Source: an uncultured Gemmatimonadales bacterium (GTDB lineage Bacteria > Gemmatimonadota > Gemmatimonadetes > Gemmatimonadales > GWC2-71-9). Taken from it: a stretch of DNA of 64,000 nucleotides. The stretch spans positions 128,001-192,000 of the forward strand of contig CAWGSK010000034.1 in assembly GCA_963825055.1 (NCBI GenBank), written 5' to 3'. Shown piece by piece: positions 41,557 to 52,498 of the stretch. Position numbers and translations under genes: made by a program. The notes under the pieces are model-generated. The model saw nothing but the letters and a program-made list of their open reading frames with translations. It made no database searches and had not been told where the DNA came from. Each line of letters opens with the position of its first letter. Positions within the stretch are counted from its first letter, which is position 1.

Positions 41557-42650
41557 ACCGACGGAAGGTGCTCCGCATGTTCCTGATCATCGTCGCCGTG
41601 CTGTTCGTGGGCTATGGGACGGCATACGTCGCGAGCGAAGACGTCCGCTACCTCACCCGGGCCGGCTTCGAGGAGACCCGCATTCTCGAACGCCGCCAGC
41701 CGATCGCGAAACTGGTCGCCGACAGCGGCACCACGGCGGAGCTCCGGAATTCCCTCACCCTCGTGCTGGAAGCCCGGGACTTCGCGGTCAGCCTCGGCCT
41801 CGACGCGAAAGAGACATACACCACTTATTCGGACGTCGGCCGGGACACCCTGTTGCTGGTCCTCTCCGCATCGCCGCCCGACTGCCTCTGCCCCTTCACC
41901 TGGAAGTACCCGATCGTCGGGCGCATCCCCTACAAGGGATTCTTCGATCCCGGGATGGCCCGCCGTGCGGCGGACCGGCTCGCGGCCCGCGGGTACGACA
42001 CCTGGCTCCGGCCGTCATCGGCGTTTTCCACGCTGGGCTGGTTCAACGATCCGCTGCTCTCCACGGCCATCACAGCCGATTCCGTGGAAATGGTCGCGGT
42101 GGTGATCCACGAAATACTGCACAACACGATCTATGTGCCGGGGGCGACCCCGTTCAATGAGAGCCTGGCGCAGCTGGTGGGCTACCGGGGAGCGGAGGCG
42201 TTCTTCCGCCAGAAGGGCGATACGGCGTCGGCCGACCGGGCCGCCGCGCGCTGGCACGATGAGGTCGTGCTCGGGGAGTTCTACCAGGAGCTTGCCGGCC
42301 GGCTGGATTCGCTCTACCGGGCCCCGCACGATTCACTCCTGCTCCGGGAGGGACGCGCGGAGGTCGGGGCCTGGGCCAGGGCGGAACTGGAAGGCCCCGT
42401 TGCCGGGCAACTCGAGACCTATCGCATCGGCCGCCTCCCTGAGCGGCCAGTGAATAACGCCCGCATCATTGCCGCCCGGATCTACCGGACACGCCTGCCG
42501 CTGTTCGAGGCGTGGTACCAGGCGAATGGCTCCGAGGTGAGGACGGCTGTGGCAAAGTTGAAGAGCGAACTGGAGGGCGTGAAGGGAGACAGTGTGTGGG
42601 CGGTGCTTGAAGCGGGAGCCGGGAGTCGCGAATCGGCCATCGGGTTGTGA
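41553..42650 (+). CDS. Putative zinc aminopeptidase (DUF2265-like)
   Basis: PIVGRIPYKGFF, AFSTLGWFNDP, HEILH..FNESLA; ATGA overlap with the upstream gene. Confidence 0.85.
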   Translation: MNRRKVLRMFLIIVAVLFVGYGTAYVASEDVRYLTRAGFEETRILERRQPIAKLVADSGTTAELRNSLTLVLEARDFAVSLGLDAKETYTTYSDVGRDTLLLVLSASPPDCLCPFTWKYPIVGRIPYKGFFDPGMARRAADRLAARGYDTWLRPSSAFSTLGWFNDPLLSTAITADSVEMVAVVIHEILHNTIYVPGATPFNESLAQLVGYRGAEAFFRQKGDTASADRAAARWHDEVVLGEFYQELAGRLDSLYRAPHDSLLLREGRAEVGAWARAELEGPVAGQLETYRIGRLPERPVNNARIIAARIYRTRLPLFEAWYQANGSEVRTAVAKLKSELEGVKGDSVWAVLEAGAGSRESAIGL

Positions 42651-42707
42651 GATTCACCCCTCAGTCCCCGATCCCCGATACCCCATACCCGATACCCCAT
42701 ACCCGAT
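42614..42707. repeat. Heptamer-period arms around convergent stops
   Basis: GGGAGCC GGGAGTC GCGAATC GGCCATC inside the aminopeptidase tail; CCCCGAT x2, then ACCCCAT/ACCCGAT x4 (42666-42707). Confidence 0.8.
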
Positions 42708-43795
42708 CACCTCAGCTTCCTCCCCGCAAGCCGTCCCGCCGGGTGCCGCACCGCCTCGGTGCAGCTGAAAGCCCCGTCCTTTCCCTCCGCATCCACCGCC
42801 AGCCGCCCCGCGACATCCGCCGCCGGGGCGTCCACGGGCTGCTCGATCACGAAGGTTGCCCCCATGCGGTTGCTGGACGCGGCGAGCGATGCCGCGCGCC
42901 AGGCCTCCGTGGTCGCGCCGGGCTGGCGCGCGGCCACGAGAGGGATCAGTCCGAAGCCGGGCTCGAGGGTGGTGGACCGGCGCGGGATCCCCAGGGCGCC
43001 CGCGAGCCGGTCCCAGGCCGGGTCTCCATCGGGGGTCACGATGACGGTGAATCGCCAGCCCTCCTCCCGGGCCAGCTCCACGAAGGCATCGAACACCGCA
43101 CCGTCCTCCGCCTGCCCGTCCAGGAGGACGGCGGCGCCTGTCTCGCCGAACCAGCGCCGCCGGGGCCCCAGCAGCTCCGGACGGTCCTGGAAGGCGGCGA
43201 AGCGCTGCGTCCTCGAGATCTCGTCGTCGGCCTCCACCCGCTGTTCCGGGAATTCGGCGCTTTCCCTTGCCCCGGTGAATGCGACCTCGGCGGCGAGATA
43301 GTGGCCGGCCTCCCGCAGGATCCGCCCCCGCAGGAGCAGGGTCGAGCTCCGGGGCCAGAGGGTGAAGGCGCGGTCGAGTGCAAACAGGGCGTATCCCGGC
43401 TGGCCGGTGCGCCAGGCGACATAACCGAGTTCGTGCCACACCGCGCCCTCATCCGGAGAGAGACCGGCCGCGTGTCTCAGGTTCTCGACTGCCTCCCGAT
43501 ACCTGCCCAGCTCGGCCAGTGCAGCCCCGTGCAGGGTGAGCGAAAACGTGTCATCCCCGAACTGCTGCCGCGCGGCGGTGGCCAGCGTCAGTGACTCGTC
43601 GTGGCGGCCCTCGCGGCGGAGCAGCTGGAAATACTCCGCCCACGCGGGGCGGAGGAATGGTTCCACCCGGAGCAGCTCCCGGTATGCCTCCAGCGCGCGG
43701 TCCGGCTGGCCCTCCCGCAGGTAGTGGCGGGCGGGGACCAGGGCGCGGTGGGCAGGCTCAGGATCGAAGACACGGTACTGGGCGGTGGTCTGCAT
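42707..43795 (-). CDS. Tetratricopeptide-repeat protein
   Basis: TPR-like helices (LAELGRYREAV, WHELG..ALDRAFTL). Start trimmed to ATG 43795. Confidence 0.7.
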   Translation of the reverse strand: MQTTAQYRVFDPEPAHRALVPARHYLREGQPDRALEAYRELLRVEPFLRPAWAEYFQLLRREGRHDESLTLATAARQQFGDDTFSLTLHGAALAELGRYREAVENLRHAAGLSPDEGAVWHELGYVAWRTGQPGYALFALDRAFTLWPRSSTLLLRGRILREAGHYLAAEVAFTGARESAEFPEQRVEADDEISRTQRFAAFQDRPELLGPRRRWFGETGAAVLLDGQAEDGAVFDAFVELAREEGWRFTVIVTPDGDPAWDRLAGALGIPRRSTTLEPGFGLIPLVAARQPGATTEAWRAASLAASSNRMGATFVIEQPVDAPAADVAGRLAVDAEGKDGAFSCTEAVRHPAGRLAGRKLR

Positions 43796-43906
43796 GAGGC
43801 CAATGTACCTCGCGCCGGGCCACGGCGGAACAACCTGGATCACATTCCCCATTCCCGGATCACCCTCCAGGGGCCGGGGCATCTCAGGCCGGGTTATCTT
43901 CCGGGT

Positions 43907-43962
43907 CCGTTCACCGTTCACCGTTCACCGTTCACCGTTCACCGTTCACCGTTCACCTCTCA
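43907..43962. repeat. (CCGTTCA)7 perfect heptamer array plus one degenerate unit
   Basis: Seven exact units 43907-43955, about 12-20 nt upstream of the M20 start. Confidence 0.95.
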
Positions 43963-43974
43963 CCGCCCTCCGCC

Positions 43975-45333
43975 ATGACCACCTTCGTCGAACAGAACCA
44001 GGCCCGCATGCTCCGGGAACTGAGCGAGCTCCTGGCCATTCCCAGCATCAGCACCACCCCGGAACACGCTCCCGATGTCCGCCGGGCAGCGGACTGGATG
44101 ATGGACCACCTCCGGGGCCTCGGCTGTCCGGTAGTCCGACTGATCGAGGGTGACGGCCATCCAGTCGTCTGGGCCGAGGGCCCGCATGTCCCCGATGCGC
44201 CGACGTTGCTGATCTACGGGCATTACGATGTCCAGCCCCCGGACCCGCTGGATGAGTGGGTGACGCCGCCCTTCGAACCCACGGTCCGGGACGGACGGCT
44301 GTACGCCCGCGGTGCCGCGGACGACAAGGGGCAGGTGTACTGCCTGCTCAAGGCCTACGAGGCGGCCAGCGCGGACGGTGGCCCTCCGTGCAATGTGCAT
44401 TTCATCTTCGAGGGCGAGGAAGAGTGCGGCGGGGAGGTCATCTTCGACCTGCTGGCGCACGAGCCGGAACGCACGAAGGTGGATGCCGTCCTGGTCTGTG
44501 ACATGGACTACTACGCGCGGGGCTGGCCCGCGGTCTATACCGGCCTGCGCGGGATGTGCTACACCGAGATTGCCGTCCGGACCCTCCAGAGCGATCTGCA
44601 CTCCGGCACGTACGGCGGTGTGGCTCCGAACGCGATCGAAACCCTCGTGCGTCTGCTCTCAGGTCTCAAGGACGCGTCGGGACGGATCAGGATTCCCGGC
44701 CTGTACAAGATGGTGGAGCGCCCCTCGAAGGCCGAACTCAAGGCATGGAAGAAGCTGCCGTTCAATGAGAAGACTTTCCGCAAGGAGGAGGTCACGTCGA
44801 AGGCGTTGACCGGCCGGGAGGAGTACAGCGTGCTGGAGCGCGTGTGGGCGCTGCCGACGCTTGAAATCCACGGCATCCGCGGTGGCTTCACCGGCGAGGG
44901 GGCGAAGACAGTGATCCCCGCCTCGGCCACGGCCAAGGTGAGCCTGCGCCTGGTTCCCGGCCAGAGTGTGAAGAAGGTCTTCAAGCTCCTCCGCCAGCGG
45001 GTGAAGGAGCTCGCCCCGAAGTGGGCTGACGTGGAGGTGCGCCTCATCCATGGGGGCGAGCCAGTGCAGGTGAAGCTGGATGCGCCGGTGTTCGATCTGC
45101 TCGGCCAGGCCTTCAAGGAGGTCGTCGGCCGTGCGCCGGTGCCGATCCGGGCGGGCGGGTCGATCCCCATCGTGACCAGCCTCGCCGCGGGCGGGGCGCC
45201 GGTGGTCCTCACCGGCATCGGGCTGCCGGACGACCGCCTGCACGCGCCCAACGAGAAGCTGGACCTGCAGCAGCTCTATGACGGGGTGGAGGTGTTCAGG
45301 AGGTTCTTCGAGCTGTTCGGGGGGAGGAGTTGA
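43975..45333 (+). CDS. M20-family dipeptidase/deacylase
   Basis: YGHYDVQP, ARGAADDKGQ, EGEEE, GGSIP, HAPNEK. Confidence 0.95.
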   Translation: MTTFVEQNQARMLRELSELLAIPSISTTPEHAPDVRRAADWMMDHLRGLGCPVVRLIEGDGHPVVWAEGPHVPDAPTLLIYGHYDVQPPDPLDEWVTPPFEPTVRDGRLYARGAADDKGQVYCLLKAYEAASADGGPPCNVHFIFEGEEECGGEVIFDLLAHEPERTKVDAVLVCDMDYYARGWPAVYTGLRGMCYTEIAVRTLQSDLHSGTYGGVAPNAIETLVRLLSGLKDASGRIRIPGLYKMVERPSKAELKAWKKLPFNEKTFRKEEVTSKALTGREEYSVLERVWALPTLEIHGIRGGFTGEGAKTVIPASATAKVSLRLVPGQSVKKVFKLLRQRVKELAPKWADVEVRLIHGGEPVQVKLDAPVFDLLGQAFKEVVGRAPVPIRAGGSIPIVTSLAAGGAPVVLTGIGLPDDRLHAPNEKLDLQQLYDGVEVFRRFFELFGGRS

Positions 45334-45334
45334 A

Positions 45335-45355
45335 AGTCACTAGTCACTAGTCACT
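45335..45355. repeat. (AGTCACT)3 heptamer array supplying a stop codon
   Basis: Three exact units between convergent genes; includes the minus-strand TAG at 45347-45349. Confidence 0.75.
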
Positions 45356-45910
45356 GTCTTCTTCCATCTCCACTGGCGCCGAGTCACGCCCCGTCCCCGG
45401 GTGCGTCGCATCGGCCCTGGCGTGCAGTTCCTCCACACCGAGGAGGGCCCGGACGGACGCGATCAGTCCCGCGACGACGTCCTCGGCCCAGTACTGATCC
45501 GGCTTGTCCCCGGTAAGGGCGTTGATCCGGTCCTCCAGGAAGCGGATCGCGGTGCTCACCCACTCGGTCTGCGCCGCGGGAACCACCGCCCATGAGCCGG
45601 TGGACTTCAACTCCATGTCGCTCAATTCAGCCAGTTCCTGTTCCAGCCCGCGCGTGACGGGAGGCTGGCCCAGCCGCGTCGCGACGAGGGCCAGCATCTC
45701 CTGGCGTTCGCTGTCCTGCGGTTCCGGCAGCGGCGCCAGATAATGTCGCTGGTCGGCAACCATCTCCGCGAGGCGGATGCAGACCGCGCGCACCGGGCGC
45801 GAGAGCGCCTCGGGCGCCTCCGCGGCCCAGCTGCCGGCGGCCCGGAGGATAGTCTCAATGCGCTCATCAGCGTGGGTCGTGGCGCTGCGCCGGGACGGAG
45901 AATCTGCCAT
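45347..45910 (-). CDS. Hypothetical helical protein
   Basis: Only coherent ORF in the gap; no motif recognised. Confidence 0.55.
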   Translation of the reverse strand: MADSPSRRSATTHADERIETILRAAGSWAAEAPEALSRPVRAVCIRLAEMVADQRHYLAPLPEPQDSERQEMLALVATRLGQPPVTRGLEQELAELSDMELKSTGSWAVVPAAQTEWVSTAIRFLEDRINALTGDKPDQYWAEDVVAGLIASVRALLGVEELHARADATHPGTGRDSAPVEMEEDSD

Positions 45911-45960
45911 ACTAGGGAAGTACGCCAGATGCAGCGGTAATGGCAAGGCGAGTGGGACGT

Positions 45961-46584
45961 TCAGCGCGGTCCGCGGCGCATGCGCACGGGATCCGGCCGT
46001 CCATACCGCTCTTCACGCCACGGATCGCCCCGCATGTGGTACCCGTTCTGCTCCCAGAAGCCCGGCTCGTCCTCGGACAGGAACTCGAAACCGCGCACCC
46101 ATTTGGCGCTCTTCCAGAGATAAAGGTGCGGGACCAGCAGACGCACCGGTCCTCCGTGTTCGGGGGTCAGCGGCTCGCCCCCGAACGTGAGCGCGAGCAG
46201 GTTCGCGGGTTGCAGGAGGTCCACCAGGGGGAGGTTGGTGGTGTAGCCCTCCTCGGCGTGCACCAGCACTGCCGTCGCGTCGGGCCGCACACCGGCCCGC
46301 GCCGCCACCGCATCCACGGGGATGCCGCTGAACCGGTTGTCGAAACGGGACCACCGCGTCACGCAGTGCATGTCGCACAGCACCTCGCGGCGGGGAAAGG
46401 CGAGCAGCTCGTCCCAGGTAAGGGTGAGCGGCCGCTCGACCAGGCCGGTGATGGCGAATCGCCAAGTGGCCGGGTCGAACCGCGGGACGGAACCGTAGTG
46501 CAGCACGGGCCACTTGCGGGTTTCGACCTGCCCGGGCGCAAGGCGGGCGCGGTCGGTGGGACGGGCGTCGATCGGCTGGGTCAT
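45961..46584 (-). CDS. Sulfite oxidase-like molybdopterin oxidoreductase (YuiH-like)
   Basis: RLAPGQ, DMHCVTRWS, EHGGPVRL, WKSAKW, GFWEQNGYH..GDPWREER. Confidence 0.9.
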   Translation of the reverse strand: MTQPIDARPTDRARLAPGQVETRKWPVLHYGSVPRFDPATWRFAITGLVERPLTLTWDELLAFPRREVLCDMHCVTRWSRFDNRFSGIPVDAVAARAGVRPDATAVLVHAEEGYTTNLPLVDLLQPANLLALTFGGEPLTPEHGGPVRLLVPHLYLWKSAKWVRGFEFLSEDEPGFWEQNGYHMRGDPWREERYGRPDPVRMRRGPR

Positions 46585-47285
46585 GAGCGGGTGGCCGTGG
46601 AGAGCACGGCATCGAGGGTGGTCTCGACCGGCGTGCGGTCGAAGCGAGCGCCGATGGCGCGCACCACCGCGCGTCGGGTACGGTCGAGCAGGGCAGGCGG
46701 TGCCGCGGCGGACGCGAGCTCGCGCGAGACGGATGTCATCTCCACGCCGGCGATGCCGCAGGGGACGATATAGTCGAACCAGCTCAGGTCGTTCGTCACG
46801 TTCAGGGCGAACCCGTGCATCGTGATCCACTGCTTCACGTGGATGCCAATGCTGGCGATCTTCCGCCCACCGGTCCAGACGCCGGTCAGGCCGGGGCTCC
46901 GCCCCGCGGTGATGCCGAGATCGCCCAGCGCGTCGATCAGAAGGCCTTCAAGCTCGCGCAGGTACCAGTGCAGGTCCGGGTGCAGCTGCCGCAGGTCGAT
47001 CAGCGGGTAGCCGACGAGTTGACCGGGCCCGTGGTGGGTGACGTCGCCGCCCCGCTCCGCCTCGAAGACCTCGAGCCCCCGCTGCTCCAGCTGGCCGCGC
47101 GAAAGTGGCAGGCTGGCCGGACGGGTCCCGCGGCCCAGGGTTACGACGGGTGGATGCTCCACGAGCAACAGCAGGTCACGCGTGATCTCCCCGGTGAGGC
47201 GGCGGCGGATCAGGTCACGCTGCAGGTCAAGCGTGGGCCCGTACCCGCGGGTGCCCAGGTCCACCACGTCGATGGGGGCGCTCAT
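46581..47285 (-). CDS. lipB: Lipoyl(octanoyl) transferase
   Basis: VEHPPVVTLG, RGGDVTHHGPGQLVGYP, KIASIG, HGFALN, PCGI. Confidence 0.96.
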   Translation of the reverse strand: MSAPIDVVDLGTRGYGPTLDLQRDLIRRRLTGEITRDLLLLVEHPPVVTLGRGTRPASLPLSRGQLEQRGLEVFEAERGGDVTHHGPGQLVGYPLIDLRQLHPDLHWYLRELEGLLIDALGDLGITAGRSPGLTGVWTGGRKIASIGIHVKQWITMHGFALNVTNDLSWFDYIVPCGIAGVEMTSVSRELASAAAPPALLDRTRRAVVRAIGARFDRTPVETTLDAVLSTATRS

Positions 47286-47716
47286 GCCGCGGCTGCCCGC
47301 CCGAACCCGCGACCCAGGAAGATGCACCCTGCGACGCACGCCGCCAGCAGGCCGACCAGGCCCGCGGTCCCGAACCACACGTGGAGCACCACGCTCACCT
47401 GGCTCACCATCAGCGTCCCGAACCCGCTCACCATGGCGAGCCCGCCACGCCGGTAGAACGAGTCAACCGGCGCCAGCAGGGTCCAGGTCGTCACCGCCCC
47501 CGCCATCAGGCTCACCAGCGTTCCTGCGAGCAGGATCATGGTCGCCGGCTGGTCGAGGTTCGGGACCTCGCCCTGCGCTTCGGGCAGGATGAGGGTGCGG
47601 ACCACCAGCAGTGTGATGGCCATCAGGCCGGTACCGAGCAGGATTCCGAAGGCCAGGGAGCGGAAGGCGAGGCCGACGTGGTCGGGGGGAGGGGAGGAGA
47701 GGTCGGGAGAAGACAT
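47282..47716 (-). CDS. Hypothetical four-TM membrane protein
   Basis: Four hydrophobic segments; ATGA overlap with lipB. Confidence 0.7.
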   Translation of the reverse strand: MSSPDLSSPPPDHVGLAFRSLAFGILLGTGLMAITLLVVRTLILPEAQGEVPNLDQPATMILLAGTLVSLMAGAVTTWTLLAPVDSFYRRGGLAMVSGFGTLMVSQVSVVLHVWFGTAGLVGLLAACVAGCIFLGRGFGRAAAA

Positions 47717-47725
47717 GGGCGGAAT

Positions 47726-47798
47726 TCGGCAATCGGCTGTCGGCAATCGGCAATCGGAACGTCACGCCCGACTGCCGATTGCCGGCTCCCGCCTGCCG
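47726..47798. repeat. Inverted heptamer arms inside the pdh operon
   Basis: TCGGCAA TCGGCTG TCGGCAA TCGGCAA, spacer, then CCGACTG CCGATTG CCGGCTC CCGCCTG. Confidence 0.8.
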
Positions 47799-49196
47799 TC
47801 AGATATGTATCACCCGTCCCATCGAATCCAGCGCCGCCTCGGCGATGGCCTCCGACAGGGTGGGGTGCGCATGGACGGTCATGTCAATTTCTTCCACCGT
47901 GTACTCGTTCTCGCGCGCGACGGCGAGTTCGTGGATCATCTCCGAGGCATGACTGCCGACCAGGTGCGCGCCCAGGATTTCGCCGTACTTCTTGTCGCGG
48001 ATGATCTTGACGAAGCCCTCGGTCTCGTTGGCCGTCCGGGCGCGCCCGTTGGCGCTGAAGGGGAAGCGGCCGACCTGGTACTCGATCTTCTCCTCCTTGC
48101 ACCGTTCTTCGGTCTTCCCGATGCTGGCGACTTCCGGGTGGCAGTAGGTGACACTCGGGATGTTGTCGTACTTGATCGGATGCGGCTTCTTCCCCGCGAT
48201 GGTCTCGGCGACGTTGACGCCCTCACGACTGCCCTTGTGGGCCAGCATCGGCGGGCCAGCCACGTCCCCGATGCTGTAGACCCCCTTCGCGGTGGTCTCG
48301 AGCGTCTCGCGGTTCACCTTGATGAAACCACGGTCGGTCAACTCGACCCCGGCCTCCTTGAGGCCGATGTTCTCGGTGTTGACCGCCCGGCCCGCCGCCA
48401 TCAGCACCTGGTCCACTTCGATGGTCTCGGGCTTGCCGCCAACTTCGATCTCCAGGGTGACGAGCTTGCCCTTCACCGTTGCCTTCTTCACGGCCGCGCC
48501 CGCCCGGACCTCGATCTTCCGCTTCCGGTAGCTCTTGGCGAGGGCATCGGATGCCTCGGCGTCCTCCAGCGGCAGGATACGGGGCAGGGCTTCGATCAGC
48601 GTGACCTGGCTGCCGAACGCGTTGAAGATGTCCGCGAACTCGCATCCCACCGCACCAGCGCCGATCACCGCGAGCCGCTTCGGCGCGGTCTCCAGGAACA
48701 GCGCCTCGTCGGAACTGATCACGGTGGTGCCGTTCAGCTCGAGCCCGACCTGTGGCAGTCCCTTCACCCGGCTTCCCGTGGCGATCACGACCGCCTTCGA
48801 GGCCTGGTAGGTGTCCTTGCCGACCTTCACCTTCCGGTCCTTCTGCAGGGTACCGGTGCCGGCGATGACCGTGATCTTGTGCTTCTTCATCAGGAAGCCG
48901 ACGCCCTTGGAGTTCTGTTCCGACACCTTCCGGGAGCGCTGCATCGCGACCCCGTAGTCGGTGCTGACGTCGCCGGTGGTGATGCCGAGGTCCTTCGCTT
49001 CATGCCGGATCACGTTGGCCATCAGGGCGCTGTGCAGCAGGGCCTTGGTCGGGATGCAGCCGATATTGACGCACACGCCGCCGAGCTTGTCTTTCTCGAC
49101 CACGGCGGTGCTCAGCCCGAGCTGGGCGCAGCGGATGGCACATACGTAGCCGGCGGGGCCACCGCCAAGCACGATCACGTCGAACTGATTAGCCAC
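47799..49196 (-). CDS. lpdA: Dihydrolipoyl dehydrogenase (E3)
   Basis: GGGPAGY, GGVCVNIGCIPTK, HAHPTLSE; GTG start after a GAGGAG RBS. Confidence 0.97.
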   Translation of the reverse strand: MANQFDVIVLGGGPAGYVCAIRCAQLGLSTAVVEKDKLGGVCVNIGCIPTKALLHSALMANVIRHEAKDLGITTGDVSTDYGVAMQRSRKVSEQNSKGVGFLMKKHKITVIAGTGTLQKDRKVKVGKDTYQASKAVVIATGSRVKGLPQVGLELNGTTVISSDEALFLETAPKRLAVIGAGAVGCEFADIFNAFGSQVTLIEALPRILPLEDAEASDALAKSYRKRKIEVRAGAAVKKATVKGKLVTLEIEVGGKPETIEVDQVLMAAGRAVNTENIGLKEAGVELTDRGFIKVNRETLETTAKGVYSIGDVAGPPMLAHKGSREGVNVAETIAGKKPHPIKYDNIPSVTYCHPEVASIGKTEERCKEEKIEYQVGRFPFSANGRARTANETEGFVKIIRDKKYGEILGAHLVGSHASEMIHELAVARENEYTVEEIDMTVHAHPTLSEAIAEAALDSMGRVIHI

Positions 49197-49233
49197 AGGT
49201 CTCCTCGTCGGGTAGAATTGCGGTCGTTCCGGC

Positions 49234-50481
<1,248 letters not shown>

Positions 50482-50483
50482 GA

Positions 50484-51467
50484 TCAGTCGAGGTAAAGGA
50501 CCTGTTTCGCGGCCGCCACCACCTTCGCAGGGTCGACCTTGGCGAGCTTCTCGAGATGCTTGTTGTAGGGCATGGGGACGTCGGCGCCCGTCACCCGCAG
50601 CACCGGGGCGTCGAGTTCATCGAAGATGTTCCGCTGGATCCGGTCGACCACCTCGGCCCCAACGCCGGCGAAGGGCCATCCCTCCTCCGCCACCACGCAG
50701 CGATGGGTTCGCGCAACGGACTCGAGCACGGTCCGCTCGTCCAGCGGCCGGATGGTGCGGAGGTCCACGATCTCGGCGTCGACCCCCTCCTCGGCCAGCA
50801 TTTCCGCGGCCTTGAGGGCCACCATGACGGTCTTGGAATGACAGATGATCGTCACGTCCTTCCCCGCGCGCTTCACCTCGGCCTGGCCGATGGGGATGGT
50901 GAAGTCCTCCTCGTCCGGCACCTCGTCCTTCATGTTGTAGAGCATTTCGCCCTCAATGAAGATGACGGGGTTGTCGTCCCGGATGGCGCTCTTGAGCAGG
51001 CCCTTGGCATCGGCGGGCGTGGCCGGCATGACCACCTTGAGCCCGGGGATATGCGCATAGTGCGCCTCAAGCGCCTGGCTGTGCTGCGCGGCGAGCTGGA
51101 GCGCCGCACCGCCGGGGCCCCGCACGACCATGGGCACCCCCAGCTGGCCGCCCGACATGTAGCGCATCTTCGCCGCGGAGTTGATGATCTGGTCCATCGC
51201 CAGGAGGGCGAAGTTAAAGGTCATCACCTCGATCACGGGACGGAGGCCCACCATCGCGGCGCCCACGCCGAGGCCGGTGAAGCCCAGCTCAGTGATGGGG
51301 GTGTCCACCACCCGCTTCGGACCGAACTCCTCCAGCAGGCCGCGGCTCACCTTGTAGGCCCCCTGGTAGACACCCACCTCCTCGCCCATCAGGAAGACCG
51401 ACTCGTCGCGGTGCATCTCCTCGCGCAGCGCGGCGTTCAGCGCGTCACGGTACGTCAGCGTGGCCAT
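50484..51467 (-). CDS. pdhB: Pyruvate dehydrogenase E1 beta
   Basis: GEEVGVYQGAYKVS, DTPITELGF, AAQHSQ. Confidence 0.96.
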   Translation of the reverse strand: MATLTYRDALNAALREEMHRDESVFLMGEEVGVYQGAYKVSRGLLEEFGPKRVVDTPITELGFTGLGVGAAMVGLRPVIEVMTFNFALLAMDQIINSAAKMRYMSGGQLGVPMVVRGPGGAALQLAAQHSQALEAHYAHIPGLKVVMPATPADAKGLLKSAIRDDNPVIFIEGEMLYNMKDEVPDEEDFTIPIGQAEVKRAGKDVTIICHSKTVMVALKAAEMLAEEGVDAEIVDLRTIRPLDERTVLESVARTHRCVVAEEGWPFAGVGAEVVDRIQRNIFDELDAPVLRVTGADVPMPYNKHLEKLAKVDPAKVVAAAKQVLYLD

Positions 51468-52498
51468 CAGTTCTGCTCCGCGTATACGTCGGTATACAGG
51501 GCCTCAGCCGGTGGGTCCGCCGCTTCTTCTGCAAACCGATAGGCGTCCTCCACCTCGGCCACCACTTCACCGTCGAGCGCCTTGATGGCGGCCTCGTCCA
51601 TTACCCCGGTCTCCCGGAGGTGCCGGCTCCAGACGGCGATCGGGTCGCGCTTGCGCTGTTCCTCCACCTCTTCCTTGGTCCGGTAGTGGCCGTGGATCGG
51701 GTCGGACATCGAGTGGCCCATGAAGCGGTACGTCCGGATTTCCAGCAGGGTCGGGTGCTGTTCGTCCCGTGCCCGGTGGACCGCGCGCTCCATCGCTTCG
51801 TGGACGGCCAGCAGGTCCTGGCCGTCCACGATCTCGTTGGCCATGTCGTACGAGCAGGCCCGCTCGGAGATGTCGTACAGCGCGCTGGCCCGCTCGAGAG
51901 CGGTGCCCATGCCGTATCGGTTGTTCTCGCAGATATAGATCGCCGGCAGCTTCCAGAGGGCGGCCATGTTGAGCGACTCGTGGAAGGCGCCCTGGTTCAC
52001 GGCCGCCTCCCCGAAGTAGCAGGCCGCGACCTGGCGGGTCTCCCGGTACTTGGCCGCGAAGGCCATGCCGGTTGCCAGCGGGATCTGCCCGCCCACGATG
52101 CCGTGGCCGCCCAGGAAGCCGCGGGAGGCGTCAAAGAGGTGCATGGAGCCGCCCTTGCCGCCGCTCGTTCCCTCGGCCTTCCCGAACAACTCGGCCATCA
52201 CCGCGCGCGGGGCGATCCCGCGGGCCAGTGCCTGGCCATGCTCCCGGTAGGACGTGACGATGTAATCGTCGTCATCCAGGTGCGAGAGGGTGCCGACCGC
52301 GACGGCTTCCTGCCCGATATAGAGGTGGCAGAACCCGCCGATCAGGCCGAGGCTGTACGCCTCCCCCGCCTTTTCCTCGAACCGGCGGATGAGCAGCATG
52401 TCGCGGAGCCATCGTTTCCACTGCTCCGCGGTCGTGGTGTCCGGTTTCTCCGTCGCCGGCGCCTTCTTCTGCTTTGCCTTCGTCTGCGAACCTGCCAT
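51467..52498 (-). CDS. pdhA: Pyruvate dehydrogenase E1 alpha
   Basis: GFCHLYIGQEA, GKGGSMH, ENNRYGMGT, GHSMSDP. Confidence 0.96.
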   Translation of the reverse strand: MAGSQTKAKQKKAPATEKPDTTTAEQWKRWLRDMLLIRRFEEKAGEAYSLGLIGGFCHLYIGQEAVAVGTLSHLDDDDYIVTSYREHGQALARGIAPRAVMAELFGKAEGTSGGKGGSMHLFDASRGFLGGHGIVGGQIPLATGMAFAAKYRETRQVAACYFGEAAVNQGAFHESLNMAALWKLPAIYICENNRYGMGTALERASALYDISERACSYDMANEIVDGQDLLAVHEAMERAVHRARDEQHPTLLEIRTYRFMGHSMSDPIHGHYRTKEEVEEQRKRDPIAVWSRHLRETGVMDEAAIKALDGEVVAEVEDAYRFAEEAADPPAEALYTDVYAEQN

